Assembly: GCF_036588685.1 (NCBI RefSeq)
Contig: NC_086373.1
Location: forward strand, 103,912,001 to 103,976,000
Source of the DNA: Mytilus trossulus
Lineage: Eukaryota
Direction: 5' to 3'
Length of the DNA: 64,000 bases
Positions 40,591 to 51,637 of this stretch are shown here, one piece after another. How positions within the stretch are numbered: position 1 is the stretch's first letter; the number at the start of each line of letters is the position of its first letter. The notes under the pieces were generated by a model. That model saw only the letters and a list, made by a program, of their open reading frames with translations. It was not told where the DNA came from and did not search any database. The position numbers were made by a program, and so were the translations under genes.

Positions 40591-41453
40591 TATTATTCCG
40601 ACACTCTTTCAAAAAGTTGTGTTGAAAAGTTTTCCAAAGTCATTCTGTTTTCTAGACCAACAGCATTGTGATCTGAATTTTTCCATCAAAATCTATCTGA
40701 ACAGGAATACAGACGTAACCTTTCATGAAGCTATTTAATCAAACTTATGGTCACTGACGTGAACATTATGACGAAAACAAAATCAACATTTATGTAAAAC
40801 TTTTGAAATCGATTTCCATGTAGATATATTGTCTTGAATATTGATCATATGCACTTTGCATTAGGTAAATCAATGGCTTGGTGGTACCAATTACTTATTA
40901 TTCTATATTCTATACTTGTTCTTTTATGTCACTGCGGTTGTTTTAAATTTACTTGTAAGTAAATATAGTTGTTCATCTAATCCAACGATTTTTTTTTATA
41001 TTGGTTGGAATTTCCATATGTTTTTGTTAAAGTGAATCGATGGGACACTTTGGTTTGATTATATGCCTGGTTATCTGACTTTAAAGCTTGAATTTAGGCT
41101 ATTGTGTTTTTTCCTATTTAATATATGAAAAAAAAGATGAAATTGAAACAATGAACTCTTCACAAGAGACGAAATGACACAGAAATTAACAACTATAGGT
41201 TACTTTACGGTCTTCAACAATGAACAAAGGCCATAGAAAACTAACGACCTTACCAATGTACAAAACATATTGAGAGGGATCCTGACCCTCTCTTAATCTG
41301 AGACAATGGTGTAACAGTAAAACTTGAGAACGATTTATAAAAATCCTTTGGCTCTACTCATCAGATGGATACCATTAAAAATATGTCTAAAAAAAAAAAA
41401 CACAGAGTGGACGTGGTCGGGTACTTGTACATCCCAACATCAGAAAGACACTA

Positions 41454-41893
41454 GAATCATATTCAAAACAGTGTGGTCCTGGCCATTGATTGACGACTTA
41501 AATTATCCCATTGACTGGGACAGATTAGGTGAACGTGTGTCGGTAACAATCACTGCTCAATATGTACTTGTTAAAGACACTGAATCTGTGGAGTCACCAA
41601 AGGTTCTCAACACCTAAATAAAGCAATTCGAAAAACGAATCCGGAATAATACGATGTGTTGATTTATATTAATAATATAAATCAAAACATGAAGGTTATT
41701 CCTGAATAATTTTCGAATTATTTTATTATTAAAGGCGTTTAGAACCTTTGGTGACCCCACAGTTTAAATTCTATAATAAGCAAGAAGTGTGCAATGGTCG
41801 TTACAGACAAACGTTCACCTAATCTGTCCCAGTCAATGGGATAGTTTAGGTCGTCAATCAATGGCCAGGACCACACTGTTTTGAATATGATTC
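41454..41893. mobile_element. Foldback MITE, about 190-bp TIRs, TA TSD
   Basis: TA|GAATCATATTCAAAACAGTGTGGTCCTGGCC...GGCCAGGACCACACTGTTTTGAATATGATTC|TA. Splits a host repeat whose uninterrupted form is visible at about 60773-60800. Confidence 0.85.
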
Positions 41894-43700
41894 TAAGTAC
41901 ATATCTGAGAGAACTGATATCGCAGTTACTGACAGTTACTTCAAAGAGAATAATAACTATCAAAGTCCACTTCATTAATTGTCTCTCCTCAACTTGTTGG
42001 ACGCGACACAAATGCCATTGAACGATCTCTCATCGACTAAGTAAAATGGTTCAGCAATTCAATATTCCACAAAATCCCAACTGATTCAAGGTTTATGATT
42101 TTGTTTTATAAAAAAGAAGATTGCCAATTAGACAACTCTTAACAAGAGATCAAATGAAACAAAAATTAACATATTAAGGTCAACATACGGCCTTCAACAA
42201 TGAAAAAAACCAATACCGCAGTCAGCTATAAAAAGCCCCGAAATCACAAATGTAAAACAATTAAAATGAGAAAACTAACAGCCTAATTAATGTACAAAAA
42301 ATGAACGAAAAACAAATATGTAGCATGTTATGAATCTTTTATCGCCTATATCTAACCTGTAAGGTTAACTTTGTTTTCCTTTTTGCTTTTCAAACAGACA
42401 AACGAAAACATTGCTTTTCTTTAATAGATTAGAAACAAAAAGTGTTTGAATTTATTTCGGAACGACTTCTCAATGCATGCATGAACCAAGGTTTTGATGT
42501 GTGTTGGGATATAACCGAACAACCGACATTATACAGTTGCACTTTTAAATTGGGCATTTGTCATTTACGTTGGTTGCATATCATTTATAATTTCTAGTTG
42601 GTATCAAGAACTGTTTCACATTTTGTCAGAACGAAGTTTTTTTTTTAACAAACTATACGGTATGGATTTTGTTATTTTGTTTAATCCGCTGCCTCGTGTA
42701 AAGAGAATGCCACACTATGTGGGCGTTAATAATGCTGTCATCAACTCTTTGAGGGATCCGAATTTGACCTGTTACAAAATTTGTCACTATCCAATATACC
42801 CTAATTTTCTAGTGACAGTTCAATTTTCCCCAACGGCTTCTATTACAGGACCTATACATATTGTATTCATTGTAAGTTTAATTTTTCCTGAATATGCATG
42901 AAATATTTGCCACTGGACGTTAGACAATCAGAAAGCAGTGACGGGACTAAACGTTTTTGGAAGAAGCCGATCTGACCACGTTCCTATGTACTGATCTGGT
43001 TCCAATATGACCGAGGCTTAACACTTTGAAAATAAAACATAGTACCATAGAAACTAAAATGGCACACAAACATACCATACCAACTATCATTAGGAACTAT
43101 TCTAGTGAAGGTAAATGCAGAAAAGCCCTCGGATGCATGAAATTTATAAAGTGTTATTTTTATGTCGTTGTGTTACTGTTTCGTTGACATACATCCCAAA
43201 ATCTCGTTAGAAAGTGGATGGTAAGATCAGGTAACTTCAACTTGATGATTTGATATTAATGACATATGTGGACTACTTTCACCTAAAATGGTTTATTTTT
43301 TTCAAATTGTGACTTAGATGAGAGAGTTGTCTCATTGGCTCTCATACCACATCTTCTTATATTTATTATTTGGACCCTGTATGATTGTTGTCTCATTGGC
43401 ACTCATATCACATCTTGTTTCTACATATTGTACAAGTCAAATAATACAAGCTTTAACAAATTCTATCAACCAGCATAAAGATTGCAAAAAGGCATATAAA
43501 TGTATGACTAAATACGTTATTTTTTTGAAATGTGATAGAATAAATAAAAAAAAACATCGGTTGATTATAAATCCATTTTTTTGTTTATAAAATTAACATA
43601 TTTACAACTGATTTAAAATATTCAAATGATTTTAAAATATCTAAAATAATAAAATATCAATATAGCACCAAATGTTAGAAATAAGTTTGTGTAATACTCT

Positions 43701-44834
43701 TCACGGTGACCACACTTGAGATCCAGCTGACGAATTAATCATGTACATTTGATTGTGTGCCATGGGATTAAACATAAAGGGCTGAGGCTTGCACACATTT
43801 GGCCCCATAAAGTTATGTCCAGGAAACGAAGTTTCGGTTTTCAAATGAGCATTCGGAATCATTCCTGAAAACTGTGGAAAACCTTGTCCGTACCAAAAAC
43901 AGCTATTTTGGTTTAGTTGGTTATCTGGCGAATTACTGTTGCTAGAGACTTCTCTTGATGGCTGGCTAGCTGGAGACACAGATTCTGTTCCTGGGCTATC
44001 GAACGGCGATACACTATTGGAATCTTTTGGCGATTTGAACGGGTTCCACACATTGCTATGAGAGCTCCTGTTATCCGGAGTTGCAATGTTTGATAAGTGT
44101 CCAATATGTCCAATCAAAGGCTTCACTTCAACATTTCGAGGATACCAAACACCTTCAGGAGCAGACACATGACGAACCTTTTGTTTACCACCGGCGCCTT
44201 CTTTGAAACGGTAACGACGACGTAAAAAACTTCCATGGTCGAACATATCTTCATAGTCTGGATCAATTGCCCATTCATGACCTTTTTGTCCTGGTTTTCT
44301 TGGCAGCTTCACGAAGCATTCGTTCAAAGCAAGATTATGTCTTATAGATCCTTTCCATCCTTTCTGGTTTTCTTGGTCACGGTAGTATGCATAGCGGTCG
44401 GTAATGAACTTATAAATATCATTGAGTGTCAGTCTTCTGTCGGGAGAGTTACAGATGGCCATACTTATCAGAGCAATGTAACTGTATGGAGGTTTGCCTT
44501 TTGGAATCGGTCGTTTACGTTTTCGATTGCCTTTAGTTTGAGTTAACAAGTTTTCATCCTCACATACCTCAATCGAAGACGGTTTAGTCGAGTTTTCCTG
44601 AGAAGCATCACACTGCGACTCCACTAGTCTCTCTTGATTCAGGCTATTGTTGATATTTCTTTCGGTCAATATATTTGTCGATGGAATATAATGTTCCGGT
44701 TTATACATTTCCTGAAGCAAACTAAAGTCATTACATCCATGCATATTATATGGTGGTAGCTCAACAGGTGGCTGTTGATACGAATTCCTGTAAAAACTAG
44801 TTGGATAAGCATCGCCGTCTATAGCACCAGACAT
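43701..44834 (-). CDS. FoxE: Intronless forkhead-box transcription factor, FoxE-like, 377 aa
   Basis: Forkhead domain [14 protein letters not shown]...[17 protein letters not shown]...[15 protein letters not shown]. The preceding [13 protein letters not shown] matches the FoxE-type RRRKRPxQRGKPP flank. The Fox call is certain, the subclass is probable. Confidence 0.85.
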   Translation of the reverse strand: MSGAIDGDAYPTSFYRNSYQQPPVELPPYNMHGCNDFSLLQEMYKPEHYIPSTNILTERNINNSLNQERLVESQCDASQENSTKPSSIEVCEDENLLTQTKGNRKRKRPIPKGKPPYSYIALISMAICNSPDRRLTLNDIYKFITDRYAYYRDQENQKGWKGSIRHNLALNECFVKLPRKPGQKGHEWAIDPDYEDMFDHGSFLRRRYRFKEGAGGKQKVRHVSAPEGVWYPRNVEVKPLIGHIGHLSNIATPDNRSSHSNVWNPFKSPKDSNSVSPFDSPGTESVSPASQPSREVSSNSNSPDNQLNQNSCFWYGQGFPQFSGMIPNAHLKTETSFPGHNFMGPNVCKPQPFMFNPMAHNQMYMINSSAGSQVWSP

Positions 44835-46154
44835 GTTGATAAAACAATATAACAGTTAAAACAACACTTTAAAATAAAATAAACAACGTTAGCACTAAAA
44901 TATAAAGGGCACTTCTTGTTGACAATATCAACTCATCTCAATTTGAGTTCATTTTGACTTTGGTCACGTGATTATGTAGAGAAATGCCTATCGGGTACAC
45001 CGAGTAACCGTAATAATCACGCGATTATCTTTTCTTTTACTGTTAATTACTATAACAACAAACGGATTACCTTGTATAAACTTATATCATATGATAAATA
45101 ATGCAAAATCGTGTAATTGTTTTTGCTCAATTCAAAGCTTGAGACCGTAATGATATAGTTTCAAAACAAGTAATTGAAATTTAAATGACACAAACCTAGG
45201 CTAATGAACGTTAAATACATTAGATTTAATTTTGCATAATTTTTGCAATTGAAAACATTTTTTTTTAAACAATCTTTAATTCTAGGTAACTTCTATTAAC
45301 ATTAAATATAATTTTGAACAGTAAGTCCGAGAATTACTGGTTCAATTTTGAAAGGTTTTAACCTATAAATTCGTAACTACATACATAAAATTTAGAATGG
45401 AAATGGGGAATGTGTCAAAGAGACAACAACCCGACCAAAATAAAAAAAACACAACAGCAGAAGGTCACCAACAGGTCTTACAGCATATTTCGAAATACAA
45501 TTTTAAGAAAAATGCTGTGATAGTTATTGGATGGATATGAAAAGAATTTCCTCGATTAAATTGTTTACCGTTCGGATCATTTCATAGATTCGGGTTATTT
45601 GAATCTGTTTCAAAATCTAGTTTTACAAATATGATTAAAATGATAATTATTTCTACAGCTCGTGAATATTAAGTGCTAAGATAAACCGTTTAAAAAATAT
45701 TTCAGTCCGGCTTCATGTGAAAAAATAGCAAAATTGTGACTAAAGCAATATACACCTGCATGTGACTTGCCTATATGACAAAGTCAAATTAGGTACTTGT
45801 GGTCTGATGAGTTTTGCAGAACTCTGCGATTATATATAATTTTTTGAAACTAGGATCGGTATAAAACTAATGCTCGTTTTTTTTTGGTATGGAGAGTTTT
45901 AGAAAGAAAAAAAAACCTTTTTTATTTATTGTTTGGTTGGAGCATCAGAAATATTGTAATTATATTTAAGGCCCTCAAAAAAAAATTCATGCATACAGTT
46001 AACATTCATACATTAAAATACAATTTATAAATATATTAAAACTGAGACTACTATAACACATGTGTTTTAGTAGTCTCAGATTACTAGTATAATATTATAC
46101 GCAATAAATGGCAATATTTGATAAAGTTTTGTTTAATTTTCTTATTCTTACAAT

Positions 46155-46202
46155 CAGAGACATATAATATATTATATGTCTCTGTTATATTATATGTCTC
46201 TG
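46155..46202. mobile_element. 48-bp palindromic mini-MITE (CAGAG...CTCTG), 7-bp TSD
   Basis: TTACAAT|CAGAGACATATAAT...ATTATATGTCTCTG|TTACAAC. The right end is internally duplicated. Confidence 0.6.
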
Positions 46203-46479
46203 TTACAACTAAAGAAAGAAAACAAATTATTTGACTGGCTAATAATTTTCAAGAAAATGATAATAACAATATTTCTTGAATAATTCCACATTACGACAAT
46301 TTGTTATAATGAGTGGTAATTATTCAATACCTTGGTTGCAGAATAATGAAAAGATTTTTTATGCATAATGGTGTCAAATTAACATGACTTTTTTTCTCTA
46401 TTTAGAATATAATTATTTGGCATTGAAAGTTACACCCCAAACGTGCGTCCCAGCTATATAATGGATTCCCATAATACAT

Positions 46480-46687
46480 GAGGGTCTGGATGGGGGTCTG
46501 TTATTCTGTAAACATTCAATTTTCACCCCTTTTTTTCTAATCTTCAAAACATAAACCCCTTTTTTTCTCTAATCATCAAAAAATTAGATCACGCATTTCT
46601 CTAATCTTCATTTTTTTTCCCGTTATTCTCTAATCTTCATTATTAAAGGGCAGTATTCTTTAATCGTTTAACCTCATCCAAACCCTC
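46480..46687. mobile_element. 208-bp MITE, GAG...CTC ends, 6-bp TSD ATACAT
   Basis: ATACAT|GAGGGTCTGGATG...CATCCAAACCCTC|ATACAT, with internal TTCTCTAATCTTCA repeats. Confidence 0.8.
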
Positions 46688-46698
46688 ATACATGTAAT

Positions 46699-46750
46699 CA
46701 AGGATTTGTATAGTTCGAGGTATAGTTAGAACTAATGATACAAATCCTTG
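46699..46750. mobile_element. 52-bp mini-MITE (CAAGG...CCTTG), 7-bp TSD
   Basis: ATGTAAT|CAAGGATTTGTAT...ATACAAATCCTTG|ATGTAAT. Confidence 0.75.
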
Positions 46751-47492
46751 ATGTAATATACTGATATAAAGCGTATTCTATATTCCGGAAACAGTTATCC
46801 TTTTCCGAAGTACACTCTTGTATTATATTTGGAGCGGCCTTTTTGATTTTTGAATGAAGAAGAAGAACGAAATATGACAAAAATGAACATATTCCACAAT
46901 GGTTAACAAGATATAACGTATAAATTATACATTATTTCCAATAGCTGATTCAAATTTTACTGTTAGCATAGACTTAAACATGAAAAAGGTAAATATTGCA
47001 CCGTATCTAAAAACATCTTTATTTTACATTTTTTAAGTTTTACTTTTATGTCAGGATTTTTTTTTATAGTTATTCTTTCGGATATACATCATAACATGTA
47101 TCATTTTATCCCTTTGAAGTATTTATTCATATAGGTGTAGAATAGACTTAATGTACCAGCCAGAACGACACACCCAAAACCAAATCAGCCTGAAAGTCGA
47201 CACAGGCACTTGTGTCTATCCATAGGAAAGCATATATGTCTAGAAATGTGTCCTTAAACCAACATATCAGAATTTGTAACTGCTACATGATAATGGTTAC
47301 ACTGGTGACAAGCTATTGTTTCAAATCCGGGTCCGTCCGCCCTGATTCTGGTTCGCCCTAATACCTGTTTGCCCCGAGTCCGTTCGCCCTGATTTTATTT
47401 TTTAGTATAGTGTTGCGTTGTGTGAATATTATAATTGAATGCCTTAAAGTCAGTCTACAATTTCGCCGAATATTTACGATGTTTCATGTTAA

Positions 47493-48050
47493 AGTCATAA
47501 GAAACCTCAAATTTAAAAAAAATATGCATATGTTTTTTATAACTAAATGGATAGTTTTCATTATACAACTTATGTACATATACTTTTTTCTGAGGAAAAT
47601 TCTTTAATTTGTCCACATTTAGAAGAAGTTTACTTATTTTTAATAGCTTGCTTCCAGGAAGCAATTTGCCGACATATTTTCCATTTGCATAGTGACCCGA
47701 GCGTAACCCTCCTCGTAAAAATCCAGTGACAACAATACGTATGGATTTGTCATTGAAATAAACAAATATCTGATTATACATGTTAAACACGTGCTCAATA
47801 CCCATGCTTTTTGTGATTTTTTACTATAAGGTGACAATCGGTAAAACTTGGCTTCAAAACACGGCATTTAATGAGCAGCCATATTTGTTTAATCATTACA
47901 AACAGAGAGAAAAAAAATGACGATTATATGATATATTTGCAAAAATAATGATAAAATTGTGCACATAGGACTAAGTTTATGATGTATACTTGCATTGGTA
48001 CAAGAATTGGACAAACATTATTTTTCACCACTCACTCGTTTCATATGACT
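47493..48050. mobile_element. Kolobok-like MITE, TTAA TSD
   Basis: TTAA|AGTCATAAGAAAC...GTTTCATATGACT|TTAA. A right-end fragment of the same family lies at about 14660-14818. Confidence 0.75.
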
Positions 48051-48536
48051 TTAACTTGTCTAAAGCTAGCTGTTATACTAGGTTATAAGTTTCAGTACAT
48101 TTCAGGACTACACGATATTGTGACTTCAAGGTATTGAGGACTAATTAAGTTTGCATCTGTATGTAATTACGTTAGTAGGAAATATAAGTTTCTGTGAATT
48201 TCAGCACTTCATTGTATTTTTAAATGTAAAACAACTGAAGACTAATTTATTTGTATGTAATTGAATATAACCGAACTGTACTTCACACACATTTATTTCC
48301 TAAACAAATATTTAAAAGCACCAAATAGAGTTACAATTAGTGAAACAAATACCAAAAACACAGTCACACTGCTGTACATTGATCACTTGTCATCAGTGTT
48401 TTTACCCATCCTTTTTTTATTTTTTATATTTTAAACTGAATTTTACCCATCCAAGCTGACTATTTTATTTGAGAAAAATGTTATTCTTATTTTTAATCCA
48501 TCAAAGACAATTTATATAACAATCAGTGAATTAAAG

Positions 48537-49258
48537 CGGCGTTTTGCATTTGCGCCGATCTGCATTTCATTTGCGCCGAATTTTTCTTTCATTTGCGCCG
48601 ATTTTTGTTTTCATTTGCGCCGATTTTATTACAGGTAAATTACAGGTGAATAGATATAAGAAGATGTGATATGAGTGTCAATGAGAGAACTCTCCATCCA
48701 AGTCATGTTATTTTTCATTATAGACCTCTTCCATTTTCCTCTTGCACAAATGTAATGAACTGTCAATCACAACTTGTATATAACTGTTGTATATAAAGGC
48801 CTACAAGATACATCTCCAGACTTTTTTCCTTGTTGACCGTATCCGTTGTTCTTTAGCATCTGTCTTTTGGACATCTGCCACATGGTTATGCTCGATCTGT
48901 GTTCTGACAATAGAATCCGTGGTGACTCTGGCTTTACACAATTTTATGGTACATAAGTAAGATATGTAGTTATGTTTCAGAACACTGACCTTCCGATATG
49001 TATGACCCTCGATGTCCTCGGTCCGTTTCAGTGTGCAATACGTCCATCAAGTTACAACGAAGTTCCAGAACAATATGAATCAAAATTATCTTAAACATGG
49101 ATGAAAAATAATTATAAACATATTCGACCAATGGTATAGCACAGAGTAAGTACATGTACGAGTTTTAACTTACCTGTAAATCTAATTAGGAGCAAATATA
49201 AAATCGGCGCAAATGAAAGAATGAAAATTTTCAAAATCGGCGCAAATGTCATACGCCC
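48537..49258. mobile_element. MITE with repeated ATTTGCGCCGA subterminal motifs, 8-bp TSD
   Basis: AATTAAAG on both flanks. Four CATTTGCGCCGA on the left, two TCGGCGCAAATG on the right. A related motif cluster lies at about 34225-34335. Confidence 0.75.
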
Positions 49259-49592
49259 AATTAAAGGTTTCAAAAGACACCTAATCAGCAATCAAAATTC
49301 AATCAACAGTAATTAAAAATAATTATAAAATAAAAAATAAAAAAAACATTGCAGCCAAGAATTTTATATAATTAATATAAATTTGGCAAATATTCTGTAT
49401 TTAACTTTTAATAGATATACATAAATTTAGATATATATATATATATTTCGTTCATTGATGTAACATATACTTATCATAAATGAATATAGGGCGAACGAAA
49501 CCACGGCAAACGGACTGTTCAGGGCAAACAAACTCAGTGCGAACGAACCTAGGGCGAACATGTATCAGGGCGAATGATCCCGATACCCTTTT

Positions 49593-50930
49593 TTAGCTCA
49601 CCTGGCCCGAAGGGCCAAGTGAGCTTTTCCCATCACTTTGCGTCCGTCGTCCGTCGTCCGTCGTCTGTCGTCGTCCGTCGTCGTCCGTCGTCGTCTGTCG
49701 TCGTCCGTCGTCGTTAACTTTTACAAAAATCTTCTCCTCTGAAACTACTGGGCCAAATCAAACCAAACTTGGCCACAATCATCATTGGGGTATCTAGTTT
49801 AAAAAATGTGTGGCGTGACCCGGTCATCCAACCAAGATGGCCGCCACGCCTAAAAATAGAACATAGGGGTAAAATGCAGTTTTTGGCTTATAACTCAAAA
49901 ACCAAAGCATTTAGAGGAAATCTGACATGGGGTAAAAATGTTTATCAGGTCAAGATCTATGTGCCCTGAAATTTTCAGATGAATCGGTTAACCTGTTGTT
50001 GGGTTGCTGCCCTTGAATTGGTAATTTTGAGGAAATTTTGCTGTTTTTGGTTATTATCTTGAATATTATTATAGATAGAGATAAACTGTAAACAGTAATA
50101 ATGTTCAGCAAAGTTAGATTTACAAATAAGTCAACATGACCGAAATGGTCAGTTGACCCCTTTAGGAGTTATTGCCCTTTATAGTCAATTTTTAACCATT
50201 TTTCATAAATCTAAGTAATCTTTTACAAAAATCTTCTCCTCTGAAACTACTGAGCCAAATTAATCCAAACTTGGCCACAATCATCTTTGGGGTATCTAGT
50301 TTAAAAACTGTGTGGCGTGACCCGGTCAACCAACCAAGATGGCTGCCATGGCTAAAAATAGAACATAGGGGTAAAATGCAGTTTTTGGCTTATAATTCAA
50401 AAACCAAAGCATTTTGAGGAAATTTGACATGGGATAAAAATGTTTATCAGGTCAATATCTATCTGCCCTGAAATTTTCAGATGAATTGGACAATCGGTTG
50501 TTGGCTTGCTGCCCTCCAATTGGTAATTTTTAAAGAAATTTTGCCGTTTTTGGTTATTATCTTGAATACTATTATAGATAGAGATAAACTGTAAACAGCA
50601 ATAATGTTCAGCAAAGTAAGATCTACAAATAAGTCAACATGACCTAAATGGTCAATTGACCCCTTAAGGAGTTATTGCCCATTATAGTCAATTTTTAACA
50701 ATTTTCATTAATTCGGTAAATTTATGTAAATTTTTACCAAATATTTTTCTCTGTTACTAATGGGCAAGGTTCATTATAGATATAATTGTAAGAAGCAAGA
50801 ACGTTCAGAAAAGTAAGAACTTCCAACACATCACCATCACCAAAATACAATTTTGTCATGAATCCATTTGTGTCCTTTAATATGCACATAGACCAAGGTG
50901 AGCGACACAGGCTCTTTAGAGCCTCTAGTT
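49593..50930 (+). mobile_element. Helentron-associated (DINE-1/pearl-type) element
   Basis: AGCTCACCTGGCCCGAAGGGCCAAGTGAGC, (GTC/GTCC)n at 49641-49713, two about 502-bp cores, 3' AGGTGAGCG plus GGCTCTTTAGAGCC hairpin. Confidence 0.9.
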
Positions 50931-51637
50931 TTATATCCATGGGATAGTCGACTACCCATTTGTAATAATCTAAAAAGTGCTTGTGCAAGTCAATCATCAT
51001 GAGAATACACATTTTAATATGACTATTTGTTCTCCATAAATAGACATCACAGGAAAAGTAATATTTAAGAATTGAATGCTTCTTTTTGTAAATTTATTGG
51101 GGTGTAAAAGCGTTGACCGAGGTACATTTTGTATTAAGCGCGGAAGTTACAAAAAGAAGCATTCAATACTTATAATTACATTTTTTTAGCTAAGATCATG
51201 AAAACACGATTGTTATCCAGTTTTATTTAATTCACCTGTGCACTTTATTATGGGACCTCATGTCATCATGCATGATAAATGTTATTGTCTCATGCAATTG
51301 TATACGGAATAACATGTGATGTGCTGTTAGTCAATCAGAATAACGTATTATAATGAAACATACATCTAATGTAATTATTGTTGTATGATGTTAAAAAGTT
51401 CAAGCGGGACAGATTCTCCTGTCAAAAAGGACAGATTTCCAAATAGCGATTAGGTGTATCAGTTAAAGATGCATACTATACTTGCTTTTGGCTGTGTGAA
51501 ATGTACAATTATGTAGCCATGTCTGGTTATAATGGGAAGTTCTGGACGTTAAATTGCCTTTTGTAAGAAAGTGTCATGCTTTTGTCACAATTCAATACAT
51601 GTAGTCTGTACATGTATATTATTTAATATTTTTACAG

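Larger units (their letters stand above)
47324..49587. mobile_element. Older TIR element with TTCGCCC subterminal motifs, hosting two MITEs
   Basis: (G)TTCGCCC-like repeats at 47325-47392 are mirrored by GGGCGAA(C) repeats at 49488-49587. Confidence 0.55.

Noticed and set aside
41324-42011. Two ORFs sharing IIFKTVWSWPLIDDLNYPIDWDRLGER
   Set aside because: Artefact of translating the two arms of a foldback MITE.
45804-45835. Hammerhead ribozyme core (CTGATGA plus stem)
   Set aside because: No GAAA after stem II and no stems I or III.
51520-51563. ATG exon for MCPH1 ending at GTAAGA
   Set aside because: Ends in phase 2, which is incompatible with the phase-0 acceptor at 51637.
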